The notes below the pieces were generated by a model. It worked only from the letters and a program-made list of their open reading frames with translations, had not been told where the DNA came from and searched no databases. This document shows positions 47,666 through 57,699 of a stretch of 64,000 bases of DNA, in pieces. This DNA comes from Thermoproteota archaeon (GTDB taxonomy: Archaea; Korarchaeota; JAOZGF01; JAOZFZ01), in assembly GCA_027492035.1 (NCBI GenBank), contig JAOZFT010000004.1:512001-576000 (forward strand), written 5' to 3'. A program made the position numbers and the translations under genes. Position 1 is the first letter of the stretch. Each line of letters begins with the position of its first letter.

Positions 47666-50326
47666 CTATGTTTGCTGTAGTTCTCCATATTTATATTTCA
47701 TTTCAGCATGGGCAGCTGCTAACCTAGCTACAGGTATCCGGTAAGGGGATGCACTAACATAATTTAACCCTAGCCTGTGGCAGAACTCTATAGATTTAGG
47801 GTCTCCTCCATGTTCTCCACAAATCCCTATTTCCAGTTTCTTGTTTGCTTTCCTCCCTTTCGTTACAGCTATTCTCATTACTTCACCGACCCCTTTCTCG
47901 TCAAGGGTTTGAAACGGGTTATGTGGCAGAATTCCCTTCTCTAAATAAATGTTCAGGAATCTCCTTTCAGCGTCATCCCTGCTCATGCCCATCACTGTTT
48001 GTGTTAAATCGTTTGTTCCAAAAGAAAAGAAATCTGTTACTTTAGCTATTTCATCAGCCGTTATTGCTGCTCTAGGCATCTCAATCATTGTTCCGTAGGT
48101 GTAATCAACCTCTACCCCCTCTCTCTTAAAAGTTTCCTCAGCTACTCTCTCAACCAGTTTCTTTAGTTCAACTAATTCGTTCTTGTGGATTGTTCCAGGA
48201 ATCATTATGGCAGGTCTAGGGTCTAAACCTTCTTTTTTAAGTTCAGTAGCTGCTTCAAGTATAGCTCTTACTTGTGTCTCATAAATTTCAGGATAAACAA
48301 TTCCCAACCTGCAAACTCTGAAACCCAACATTGGATTAAACTCATACAGGTCCTGAACTTTCTGTAAAAGTTTTCTTTTCTCTTCGAACTTTTTTCCCTT
48401 CCTTCCTTCAGCTTCCATTTTTGTTATTTCAACTAGAAGCTCAGTTAATTCCGGGAGAAATTCATGTAAAGGAGGGTCTAGGAGCCTAATTATTGTCTTC
48501 TTTCCATTAGTTATTCTGAGTATTTCTTTGAAATCTTCCTTCTGTCTAGGTAAAAGCTCGTTCATTAAAACTTTTCTTCTTTTGCTTTCGTTATCTGCAA
48601 GGATTGTTCTTTGGAATATGGGAAGTCTGTCAGCCAAAAACATATGTTCAGTTCTAGCTAAGCCTATTCCTTCAGCTCCTAACTCAACAGCTTTAGCTAT
48701 GTCTTTTGGTAAATCAGCATTAGCATACACTCCTAAAACCCTGATTTCGTCGGCCCATTTAAGGATAATGCCAAGTTCACCTGTTGTTTTAGGTTCAACT
48801 AAAGGAAGCCTACCCAGCATAACTTCCCCTGTTGAACCGTCTAGTGTTAACCAGTCCCCCTTTTTCACAATTAAGCCTCCTACTTGGAAAAGGTTTTGCT
48901 CCGTGTCTATTTTTATTTCTCCGCAACCTACTATACAGGGTTTACCCATTCCTCTAGCTACGACTGCAGCATGACTTGTCATTCCTCCTCTGGCTGTAAG
49001 AACTCCTTGAGCAGCAGCCATACCTCCAACATCTTCAGGAGCTGTTTCAGGTCTTACAAGTATCACAGGCATTTCCTTTCCAAGTTCTTCTGCTTCATCG
49101 GAATCAAAAATCACCTTGCCCACAGCTGCACCTGGAGAAGCGGCTAACCCTTTAGCTATAACTTTTCTTTCAGCTTTTGGGTCTATTTGTTTATGTAAAA
49201 GTTTTTCTATGTCTTCAGGCTTAATTCTAGCTACTGCCTCCTCTTTAGTTATTAGTCCCTCATTAACCATATCTACAGCTATTTTAACAGCTGCCTGGGC
49301 TGTTCTTTTACCTGTCCTGGTCTGCAAAACCCATAATTTCCCGTTTTCAACTGTGAACTCAATATCCTGCATGTCTCTGAAGTGGTTCTCCAATTTTTTA
49401 CATGTTTCAATTACTTCTCTGTACAGTTTAGGCTGTTCCTTTTTCAAGTCCTCTAACTGCAAAGGTGTTCTGATGCCTGCTACCACATCTTCACCTTGAG
49501 CATTAGGCAAGTATTCCCCATAAACTCTGTTTTCTCCTGTTGCAGGATTCCTTGTAAAGGCGACTCCTGTGCCTGAATTCCAACCAATATTCCCAAAAAC
49601 CATTGTAACTATGTTGACAGCTGTACCTAAGTCGTCAGGTATGCCATGTATCCTCCTATACTTTATAGCTCTTTTCCCATTCCAAGACTTGAAAACTGCT
49701 TCAACAGACATCCTTATTTGCTTATAAGGGTTTTGAGGAAATTCAGCACCTGCCTTCTCCTTGATAAGCTGCTTATATTCTTTAATTAATTCTTTTAATG
49801 CTTCAACAGGAAGCTCTGCATCCGTCTTCACTTTGTACTTTTCCTTCTTTTCCTCCAGCAACTTTTCAAATTCCCCTCTCGGCACACCCATTACTATACT
49901 TCCGAACATGGAGAGGAGTCTTCTGTAACTGTCCAAGGCGAATCTTTCATTGGAAAGCTGAGCTAGCCCCTTAACGGTTTCATCATTTAAACCAACATTT
50001 AAGACAGTATCCATCATTCCCGGCATGGAAATTTTAGCTCCCGACCTTACTGAAACCAGCAAAGGGTTGTTTTTGTCCCCAAACCTTTTTCCTGTCTTCT
50101 TTTCCAATTTCCTTATGTGTTCAATTATTACCTGCCAGATTTTGTCAATGAAAGCAGGCCCCTCCCTCATATATCTTACACAAGCTTTAGTAGTTATTGT
50201 GAAGCCTGGAGGAATGGGTAACCCTATCCTCGTCATTTCAGCTAACCCTGCCCCCTTTCCTCCCAATAAATCCTTTAATTTAATGTTTCCCTCTTCAAAA
50301 TCGTAAATGTACTTTCCATCAGTCAT
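47666..50326 (-). CDS. ppdK: pyruvate, phosphate dikinase
   Basis: LLGGKGA.LAEM, SVRSGA..SMPGMMDT, GGMTSHAAVVARG, FSFGTNDLTQ, GICGEHGG. Confidence 0.97.
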   Translation of the reverse strand: MTDGKYIYDFEEGNIKLKDLLGGKGAGLAEMTRIGLPIPPGFTITTKACVRYMREGPAFIDKIWQVIIEHIRKLEKKTGKRFGDKNNPLLVSVRSGAKISMPGMMDTVLNVGLNDETVKGLAQLSNERFALDSYRRLLSMFGSIVMGVPRGEFEKLLEEKKEKYKVKTDAELPVEALKELIKEYKQLIKEKAGAEFPQNPYKQIRMSVEAVFKSWNGKRAIKYRRIHGIPDDLGTAVNIVTMVFGNIGWNSGTGVAFTRNPATGENRVYGEYLPNAQGEDVVAGIRTPLQLEDLKKEQPKLYREVIETCKKLENHFRDMQDIEFTVENGKLWVLQTRTGKRTAQAAVKIAVDMVNEGLITKEEAVARIKPEDIEKLLHKQIDPKAERKVIAKGLAASPGAAVGKVIFDSDEAEELGKEMPVILVRPETAPEDVGGMAAAQGVLTARGGMTSHAAVVARGMGKPCIVGCGEIKIDTEQNLFQVGGLIVKKGDWLTLDGSTGEVMLGRLPLVEPKTTGELGIILKWADEIRVLGVYANADLPKDIAKAVELGAEGIGLARTEHMFLADRLPIFQRTILADNESKRRKVLMNELLPRQKEDFKEILRITNGKKTIIRLLDPPLHEFLPELTELLVEITKMEAEGRKGKKFEEKRKLLQKVQDLYEFNPMLGFRVCRLGIVYPEIYETQVRAILEAATELKKEGLDPRPAIMIPGTIHKNELVELKKLVERVAEETFKREGVEVDYTYGTMIEMPRAAITADEIAKVTDFFSFGTNDLTQTVMGMSRDDAERRFLNIYLEKGILPHNPFQTLDEKGVGEVMRIAVTKGRKANKKLEIGICGEHGGDPKSIEFCHRLGLNYVSASPYRIPVARLAAAHAEMKYKYGELQQT

Positions 50327-50379
50327 AGAAACCCCTTTACCCTTTTTCTAAAAAACTTTTCTTTAAATTTTTAAGTGAG

Positions 50380-50396
50380 ATATGGATTCTCCATAT
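50380..50396. promoter_or_regulatory. inverted repeat ATATGGA-TTC-TCCATAT upstream of ppdK
   Basis: 7-bp arms with 3-bp spacer, just downstream of a minus-strand TTTAAAAA TATA-like box. Confidence 0.4.
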
Positions 50397-50754
50397 AGAG
50401 TTAATCTCTTTTTAAACAATTCCCTACACTTTTCTGAAAAACAATTTCTTCCCTAATCCCCCACCAGTTAAAACTTCTAATCTAAAGGATTTTAAACTAA
50501 ACCCCTTTCATTTCTAAATTTAATAAATCCATTCTAGCCCCATCCTAAAGCCTTTTTTAAACCTGCACAGTTTCCCCTGTAACCCTTTGTTTTTCTAGGA
50601 ATCTTTGATTTTTAATGAAAGATTTTTAATAAAAATATTAAAAAATAATTTTTTTTAAAAAAGGAACAGGAGTAAATTTATATTTTCATTTCCCTAAATA
50701 AATTAAATAAGTAAAATTCTTTTGAAGAATTCCTCAAGTTTTGTAACTTAATTT

Positions 50755-51840
50755 TTGTTGGTGAGAAATGAGGTGTGGATTCCTCGAGAAATTATTGAGC
50801 GAACATGGATACAGAAAATAGCTGCATCAGCTGTACTCTCCAAATTTTACAATGTCCTAGGTGAAGAAAAGTTTTCAGCTGTCCTTTATGTTACAGGCAG
50901 AGACTGGGGACTTAAACTTTTTAAAGAAAACTTTTTGTCCCCAAACAATTTATCTGAATGGAAAATCCCAATCCCCACCAACGGTTACGAAATAATGAAT
51001 CTCGTCGCTGCCTTTTTACGTAGTACATTCCCAAAGGCTGAAATCTCAATTGAAACAATTGACACACGGAAAATATCTATAATTATTGGAAAAAGTCCTC
51101 TAAGACCCCTTTTAAGAACCCCCCATGCAATCTGTTACCACGTCGCAGGCTTACTTGAATTTATCTTCTCCCAAATACTGGCGAAAACCGGTGTGAAGGC
51201 AAATGTTAAGGTAGATCTAGAATACGTAGCCGCGGAAGGTGGAGAGCCTAAAGCTACCAAATTTATAGTGGAGATTGAAAACCCCTCTAAAGAAATATCT
51301 CTTGAAACTAAGCCTCCTCATGCTGCACGTTCCCCTTTCGCTACTTCTTACAAATTAAAAAAAATTATGTTGTTCGATGAAGCAGTTTTTCTCCTTAATT
51401 CCTTCCTTGAGAAAACAAAAAACATATTGGGTGAAGAGAAATCTTATGAACTCCTTTACTTAGCAGGCCGTTCAGAAGGTAAAAGAACCTTTAAAATTTT
51501 CAGTGAAAAATATGACAGGGAAAAAATTAAACCTTTTGATAACTGGAGGAACGCAGATGAGTTTTTAGAGTCTTTGCTAAGGTACAGATTCGCACCTAAC
51601 TCAATTCCTGCCTCTTACAGAGTTAATGATAAAACTTTTGTTTTAAAACTTCTTATGAACCCCTTCACTCAAGGTGTTAAAACGAAGAAACCTTTTTGCG
51701 GCTTCTTGAAGGGAGCTTTAGAGTCGATGGTTAGCTTAACAGTTGCAAAATATGGCATAGGTAAAGGGGTGTCAGTAGAAGAGATAAAATGTAAAGCCTC
51801 CGGAGACGACCATTGTGAGTTTCAAGTTACGCTTTTGTAA
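50755..51840 (+). CDS. tandem V4R (HNOX/TRAPP-Bet3-like fold) domain protein
   Basis: Two internal repeats (LGEEK...LY..GR..G); C-terminal FCGFLKGALE...VEEIKCKASGDDHCEF V4R signature. Confidence 0.8.
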   Translation: MLVRNEVWIPREIIERTWIQKIAASAVLSKFYNVLGEEKFSAVLYVTGRDWGLKLFKENFLSPNNLSEWKIPIPTNGYEIMNLVAAFLRSTFPKAEISIETIDTRKISIIIGKSPLRPLLRTPHAICYHVAGLLEFIFSQILAKTGVKANVKVDLEYVAAEGGEPKATKFIVEIENPSKEISLETKPPHAARSPFATSYKLKKIMLFDEAVFLLNSFLEKTKNILGEEKSYELLYLAGRSEGKRTFKIFSEKYDREKIKPFDNWRNADEFLESLLRYRFAPNSIPASYRVNDKTFVLKLLMNPFTQGVKTKKPFCGFLKGALESMVSLTVAKYGIGKGVSVEEIKCKASGDDHCEFQVTLL

Positions 51841-52045
51841 ATTTTGTAAATTGTGTCTTGTAGTGTTAGGAAAACACTTAAAGGAAACCTCCTAGAAAAC
51901 TTTTTATGTAAGGAAAAAAATGGAACTTTTAAATACACTGAAATCAAATATAACAAAAGTAAGTACTTATAGTAATTAATTACTTCTCGGAGAGAAATCT
52001 TTTTTAAAAGAAAAACCCTTTTTTATAAGTTTTAAAGGGGTAAGA

Positions 52046-54298
52046 ATGAAACTTTTAATCGGTAAAAAGAAAGATAAAAAGGAAGATAAGGGTATCACTA
52101 AAAAAGCAAAAGAAAGAAAGGAAGGCCTTTCATTAAAGAAACCAGAAAAAACAATCAAAAAGAGAAAACAAATAAAGAAAGGAAGGGAAGAAGGAAAGGA
52201 GAAGAAAAAAGGGTTTCTTAACATTTTTAAAAAGAAGGAAAAAAGGGAGAAACCTAAACCATTGACAGTAAGTTACCCTCCGTCAAATTGGGTAGAAATT
52301 GAAAGACACGTAGTTGACCCCCCTGCTGAAGTAGCTATTTACCTTGACCCAGAAACACAGGAAAAAAAATACTTTGTCCTAGAACCTAAAATGACTCCGC
52401 AAGAAGAAGAAGTCTGCGAATTATTGGCAGATATCTTAAAAAAAGAAATAAAACCTCCGGAGGAAGTTGAAGACAAGAAAAAATACATTTACAGTGAAAC
52501 AGAGCGTTTAATGAAGAAATATAAACTGCATAAAAGGAAAACTGTAAGGAAAGAAATTGTTCAGTACTACATTTTCAGGGACTTGGTAAGTTTCGGGCCT
52601 TTACATGCAATAATGAAAGATGACCAAATCGAGGACATAAGCTGTAACGGGGTGGGAATACCTATTTTTGTTTGGCACAGGAGGCATGAAAGCATGGAAA
52701 CTAACATCACTTTCACAGATGAAAAATACTTGGATGATTACACCATGAAACTTGTACACATGGCTGGTAAACACGTTTCTACAGCTAGACCTGTTGTAGA
52801 TGGAATGCTGGAAGGTAAACATAGAGTTGCAGTGGGTTATAAAAAGGAAGTAACAATGAAAGGGTCAGCCTTCACAATAAGAAAATTCAGGGAAGTTCCT
52901 TTCACTATAACAGACTTGCTGGAACTTGGGACTCTTGATGAATGGATAGCAGCCTATGTTTGGCTTGCATTAGATAACAGAATGCCTCTTTTCGTGGTAG
53001 GCGCCACAGCTGCAGGTAAAACAACTCTACTAAACTGTTTAGCAACCCTTATTAAGCCCTCCTTCAAAATAGTAACAGTTGAAGAAACACCTGAAATAAA
53101 CCTGTTCCATAAAAATTGGCTTCAATTCGCTGTAAGAGAAAAATATGGGGTAAGTGAAGAAAGCGTAGGCGAAGTTTCGCTTTTCGACCTTGTAAAAGCA
53201 ACCTTAAGGCATAGACCTGATTTCTTAATCGTTGGAGAAGTTAGAGGTGAAGAAGCGAGTGTAATGGTTCAAGCAATAGCTACAGGGCACTCTGGCTTAA
53301 CAACTTTCCACGCTGAAGATGTTGACAGTGCAGTTAAACGTTTAACTCAAAGACCCCTGAACATAGCTCCAGCCTACATCCCTCTACTTAAGGTTTTTCT
53401 GATGTTAAGGAGAGTTACTTTACCTGGTACGGACAAGACTGTGAGGAGAATAGTTGAAGTTCATGAGGTTTTAGGTTACGAAGGGGATAAACTTCAAACA
53501 TTCATAGTTTCTAAATGGGATCCTGTCACCGACACATTCAAGCATTCCTTTGAGAAAAGCTACAACCTAAGGAAGATCTCTGAAGAAACAGGGGTGCCTT
53601 TTGCAGCTGTCCTTAAAGAACTTGAAAATAGGGCGTCCTTCCTTCTAATGCTGAAAAAGAAGGGAGTAAAAACCTTTGCCGGTTTAGAGGAAGAGTTAAC
53701 AAAGTATTACGCCGGAAAAATCAAAATTGAAGTTGAGGAGATCAAAGGAATCGAAACAATTGAACCTCAGCCTCCAGAAACAAAGGAAAAATTAGTTAAA
53801 GATTTAGTTACTCCTATAAAGAAAGAAGTATCTAGAAAGATCCCAGAAATAGTTTTCTCGAAACCTAAAGAAACCTTTTTTGATGAAATAACTATTCCAA
53901 AAATTCAGTATCCTCTTAGGGAAGTGGAAGAAGGTACCAAAGAAAAAATCAGTGGAGGACCAGAACAAAGGGGAAGAGTTACTCCACCTTCATCAATAGA
54001 GACAGAACCTAAAGTAAAACTTGAAATGGAAACTGTCCAGAAGCCTGAAGGTAAACTAGAAATAAAAGAAAGTGAAGAACACCTAATACGTAAGAAAATA
54101 CTGGATATTTTAGTTTTAAACAGAGGAAAAGTAACAGTTGAAGAACTAGTTAAACGCTGCGGAGAAAAAAATATTTTCTACGTTCTTGACAAAATGAAGG
54201 ATGAAGGGTTAGTTTCGACTGATGTAGCTATTGTTTCAGGAACCCCTATTTTCTACTACATCCTAACCTTAAAAGGAAGAAAAGCTGCTTTCGAGTGA
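52046..54298 (+). CDS. type IV pilus/type II secretion assembly ATPase (TadA/ArlI-like) with C-terminal winged-helix extension
   Basis: IEDISCNG, FTIRKFR, Walker A GATAAGKTT, VEETPE, RHRPDFLIVGEVRG, TGH...TTFHA. Confidence 0.93.
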   Translation: MKLLIGKKKDKKEDKGITKKAKERKEGLSLKKPEKTIKKRKQIKKGREEGKEKKKGFLNIFKKKEKREKPKPLTVSYPPSNWVEIERHVVDPPAEVAIYLDPETQEKKYFVLEPKMTPQEEEVCELLADILKKEIKPPEEVEDKKKYIYSETERLMKKYKLHKRKTVRKEIVQYYIFRDLVSFGPLHAIMKDDQIEDISCNGVGIPIFVWHRRHESMETNITFTDEKYLDDYTMKLVHMAGKHVSTARPVVDGMLEGKHRVAVGYKKEVTMKGSAFTIRKFREVPFTITDLLELGTLDEWIAAYVWLALDNRMPLFVVGATAAGKTTLLNCLATLIKPSFKIVTVEETPEINLFHKNWLQFAVREKYGVSEESVGEVSLFDLVKATLRHRPDFLIVGEVRGEEASVMVQAIATGHSGLTTFHAEDVDSAVKRLTQRPLNIAPAYIPLLKVFLMLRRVTLPGTDKTVRRIVEVHEVLGYEGDKLQTFIVSKWDPVTDTFKHSFEKSYNLRKISEETGVPFAAVLKELENRASFLLMLKKKGVKTFAGLEEELTKYYAGKIKIEVEEIKGIETIEPQPPETKEKLVKDLVTPIKKEVSRKIPEIVFSKPKETFFDEITIPKIQYPLREVEEGTKEKISGGPEQRGRVTPPSSIETEPKVKLEMETVQKPEGKLEIKESEEHLIRKKILDILVLNRGKVTVEELVKRCGEKNIFYVLDKMKDEGLVSTDVAIVSGTPIFYYILTLKGRKAAFE

Positions 54299-54316
54299 AG
54301 AAGGTGCGGAAAGAAG

Positions 54317-56236
54317 GTGAAAAGGGGAATTCAATCCACTCAAACAATAAAACTTAGTTTTTTTGATAAATTGATTTCCTTTTCATTCTCTAACTTTGAA
54401 AAAATTGGTTTTTACCTATACAAAATCTTTAAACCTGTAGGGGAAAAAATGGAACTGGCGCAAATAAAAATATACCCCCCAGCCTATTTCTCATTTAGTT
54501 TTTTTGTATGTTTAGTTCTTTTCCTTGTTCTTCTGGCTTTCTCCACAATTCTGAATCTTGAAATTTACCATGTTCTCAATTTCCCCTTCTTCCATTTAAT
54601 TTTTAATTTCTTAGGTAAACCTGTATCAACCTACCAGTTTGTTGTCGTTTTCAGAGATAACCCTATCCTAAACCTGCTTTTCCTTAAACTTTTTTTCATC
54701 TTCCCTCTTCTGCTTTTCGTTATTTTCTTGGTTATTCCTGACATAAGACTTTCTATGTGGACTGAAGGATTAGAAACTGAAACTCCTTTCATTGGAACCT
54801 TTGTTTCTGTTATGGCTACTGGCGGAATAAGTCCCTATCACGCAATAAAGGCATTTGCTACAAATAAGATCCTTCCAACATTCTCCTTAATTGCCCAAAG
54901 AATAATAACTCTTGTTTCTGTTTTTGGAAAAGACCCTTTAACGGCTATCGAGGAGACAAGTAGGTACATTCCCTCAAGGGATCTGAAAGAATTGTTGACA
55001 GGTTATGTAACCTCTGTGAGGACAGGTGGAGATTTTGTACATTTCCTTTTTGTGAAAACTGAAACATTGTTCAGAGACCGGATAGTTAAGATGAGGCAAA
55101 TAGGGGAAAAAATGGGCATGTTAATGGAAGTCTTCATAGCCTTAACCATCCTTTTATCACTAGGATTATACGCAATATATATTGTGAACACAGCTTTACC
55201 TGAAACCTCGACCCCTTTCATGTCAGGAACCTCTTTCTTTGTCTTTGCATTCCTTTTCACTCCCTTCTTGTCAATGGTTTTTATTTACCTTATAGACCTC
55301 TTTGTGCCAAAGTACCCACATCCAGACTGGTCAATTTTAAAAGTTGGGATTATTTCGTTCATTATCTCCTCAATAATTTTCTTCACCTTCTTTATTGTTC
55401 CAGCTTTAAATCCATTACTCCTTTCAATCCCCTTCATAGGAAAAATCAATTCTATGTTTGACAAATTTATTTTCTCTTTGGGTTTCAGTTCTGGAGCTAG
55501 AACTCCGCTAATACTGGCTTTCTGGATAATTTTAGGCTCAGTTCCACCTGCAATTTTGGAAATTAAAAGAAGCAGAGAAGAAAGGGATGTAGAAGATAAT
55601 TTAGCCCTATTTCTAAGGGACTTGGTGGAAGCTAGAAAGGCAGGATTATCCCCTGAAAAATGCATAATTCAGTTAAAAGATAGAGATTATGGCTTCTTTT
55701 CGAAAAGGTTAAAGGTAATAGCTAATCAGTTGTCTTGGGGTGTCCCCCTACGAGAAATTTATCGTTACTTTGCTTCCACCACACGAACATGGCTCTCAAA
55801 AATGTTAGTGTTTCTACTTGTTGAAGCAATAGATTACGGGGGAGGATCAGTGAAAACCCTTGAAAGCTTGGCTATGTACAGTGAAATGATGAAAAGCGTC
55901 CAAAAAGAGAAAGAAGGAAACTTAAAACCTTTATTGATAGTTGTTTACTTAGGAACACTAATACTTGTTGTTGCAGTTATTCTTCTGCTCAGTTTCGTAA
56001 ATGTTTCATTGAAAATAGCAGGTTCAGGAGTTGCTTATGAATCCTTCCTTTCAAAGTTTGTTTCACCAATAATTATAAACGTTGCACTTTCAGGTTTAAT
56101 TGCAGGCAAAATTTCTTCAGGTTCAGTATCCACAGGGTTTAAACACATAGTTGCCTTGACTACGATTACCGTATTGGCACTGTGGTTAACTCCAATGATA
56201 TCCTCCATATTGGCTGCTTCATCAATCCCCCACTAA
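54317..56236 (+). CDS. type IV pilus membrane platform protein (fused TadB/TadC, ArlJ-like)
   Basis: Two T2SSF-like repeats (MATGGISP...GKDPLTA; FLRDLVEARKAGLSPE...YGGG) with multiple TMs. Confidence 0.9.
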   Translation: MKRGIQSTQTIKLSFFDKLISFSFSNFEKIGFYLYKIFKPVGEKMELAQIKIYPPAYFSFSFFVCLVLFLVLLAFSTILNLEIYHVLNFPFFHLIFNFLGKPVSTYQFVVVFRDNPILNLLFLKLFFIFPLLLFVIFLVIPDIRLSMWTEGLETETPFIGTFVSVMATGGISPYHAIKAFATNKILPTFSLIAQRIITLVSVFGKDPLTAIEETSRYIPSRDLKELLTGYVTSVRTGGDFVHFLFVKTETLFRDRIVKMRQIGEKMGMLMEVFIALTILLSLGLYAIYIVNTALPETSTPFMSGTSFFVFAFLFTPFLSMVFIYLIDLFVPKYPHPDWSILKVGIISFIISSIIFFTFFIVPALNPLLLSIPFIGKINSMFDKFIFSLGFSSGARTPLILAFWIILGSVPPAILEIKRSREERDVEDNLALFLRDLVEARKAGLSPEKCIIQLKDRDYGFFSKRLKVIANQLSWGVPLREIYRYFASTTRTWLSKMLVFLLVEAIDYGGGSVKTLESLAMYSEMMKSVQKEKEGNLKPLLIVVYLGTLILVVAVILLLSFVNVSLKIAGSGVAYESFLSKFVSPIIINVALSGLIAGKISSGSVSTGFKHIVALTTITVLALWLTPMISSILAASSIPH

Positions 56237-56267
56237 AAAAATTGTTTTAAAATAAGGTGTAAAAATT

Positions 56268-57185
56268 TTGGTTCGGTTGAAAGATTTTTTAAGGGTGAAC
56301 AGAAAGGAAGGAATGAAGGGAATATCACCAGTCATATCAATAGCAATCATAACCTTCTTTATACTTGGAGCCATTCTTATGGCTTACTACTTCATAAACA
56401 ACCTTGTACTCCTTAATGAAGGAGAGAAAGAGTTTAAGTTAGCGGAAGCCTCCATGATAAACTTTGCAAGAGACGTTGAAAGTGTAGCGTGGAACCTACA
56501 CTCCACCCAAAGTTCACAGTTCATACCGAAATATGGGTATCTACAGGTTTTAACTAATATATACAAGTTCAAGGTATTTGTTAATTACTCTTCAAGCCCT
56601 GACGAAATAGTAACTGATGCTGCACTTTTCCGCATGCCTGTTAGAAAATACACTAGGGGAAACAATTACCTCCAAAACCTCTATCCAGCAGCAAGTAAAC
56701 CGGAACCCATAAACTTCACAACTGAAAACATAAACGATCCCTTCATGAGGGTTTTCTCAGTTGAGAAACTACAGTACACAGACACAATAGATACAGTAAC
56801 TGTCCCAAGGGTTAAAATAATTAAGGAAGTATTTAAGTCACAAAACAGAAACATTACAAGGATTTGGGTGAAAATAATTAAACTTAAAAAATCCAGTTAC
56901 CCGGGAAAACCTCAACCAAACTACTTAGTTGCAACTTGCATAAACACTTCAGCTAAAGTTTATTCTTACCAAGTTAACTTGACGCAACTTCAAGCACTAA
57001 ACCTAAGAATCGAAATTGAACCACTGAACTTGCCCAACGACTATTTACAATTTAGAACCACTCCCTACAGTTTAAACATAAGAGACTTCCTGTTTAACGA
57101 ATTTTGTGGGGGTTATGCCTGCAGCGCCTGTACAGATGTTGAAATAATTATCGATGTAGCTGAAGTGGAGGTTAGGGTGTTTTAG
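56268..57185 (+). CDS. pilin-like protein with class III signal peptide
   Basis: RKEGMKG/ISPVISIAII cleavage site plus hydrophobic helix; many N-x-S/T sequons. Confidence 0.8.
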   Translation: MVRLKDFLRVNRKEGMKGISPVISIAIITFFILGAILMAYYFINNLVLLNEGEKEFKLAEASMINFARDVESVAWNLHSTQSSQFIPKYGYLQVLTNIYKFKVFVNYSSSPDEIVTDAALFRMPVRKYTRGNNYLQNLYPAASKPEPINFTTENINDPFMRVFSVEKLQYTDTIDTVTVPRVKIIKEVFKSQNRNITRIWVKIIKLKKSSYPGKPQPNYLVATCINTSAKVYSYQVNLTQLQALNLRIEIEPLNLPNDYLQFRTTPYSLNIRDFLFNEFCGGYACSACTDVEIIIDVAEVEVRVF

Positions 57186-57204
57186 ATGAAGGTGTTTTTA
57201 AGAA

Positions 57205-57699
57205 ATGCCAGCAGTAACTATTAGTCGTGTAATATTGTTTGCTGCAATGATAGCCTTAACTCTTTTCATGTTTTACAGAGCCCTGGTTTACCAAGGTTAC
57301 TATAGAGCCCAGACGTTCAGGGAATCAGCTAAAACAGTAGCGTATTTGATAGCTAACCAAATACAGCAGCTTTACGTTCTAGCTCAAAGCCCTGAAATAG
57401 AGAATGAAACAACTATACAGAAAATTTTAGATAAGCCAAACTCAATAGGTCTAAAACCATACAATTTATCTTTCATTTTAGAGGAGTATGTTAAAGGGGG
57501 AGAAACCCATAAAATAATAGAGGTTAAAGTTGTTTCTGGAAGAAACGCTACTGCATTGGTTCCTGTTGGAGATGATGTTGAACTACAACCCTCTTCGGTA
57601 ACTCTTCCCGGGTATAGACCAGTGACAGCTAATTGTTACAAAGAATTATTTGTTAACGGCTCAACAAATTATGTCTTTTCATTTACTGGGGGTGGTTGA
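57205..57699 (+). CDS. pilin-like protein (no obvious basic leader)
   Basis: N-terminal hydrophobic helix then an amphipathic helix; operon position. Confidence 0.65.
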   Translation: MPAVTISRVILFAAMIALTLFMFYRALVYQGYYRAQTFRESAKTVAYLIANQIQQLYVLAQSPEIENETTIQKILDKPNSIGLKPYNLSFILEEYVKGGETHKIIEVKVVSGRNATALVPVGDDVELQPSSVTLPGYRPVTANCYKELFVNGSTNYVFSFTGGG

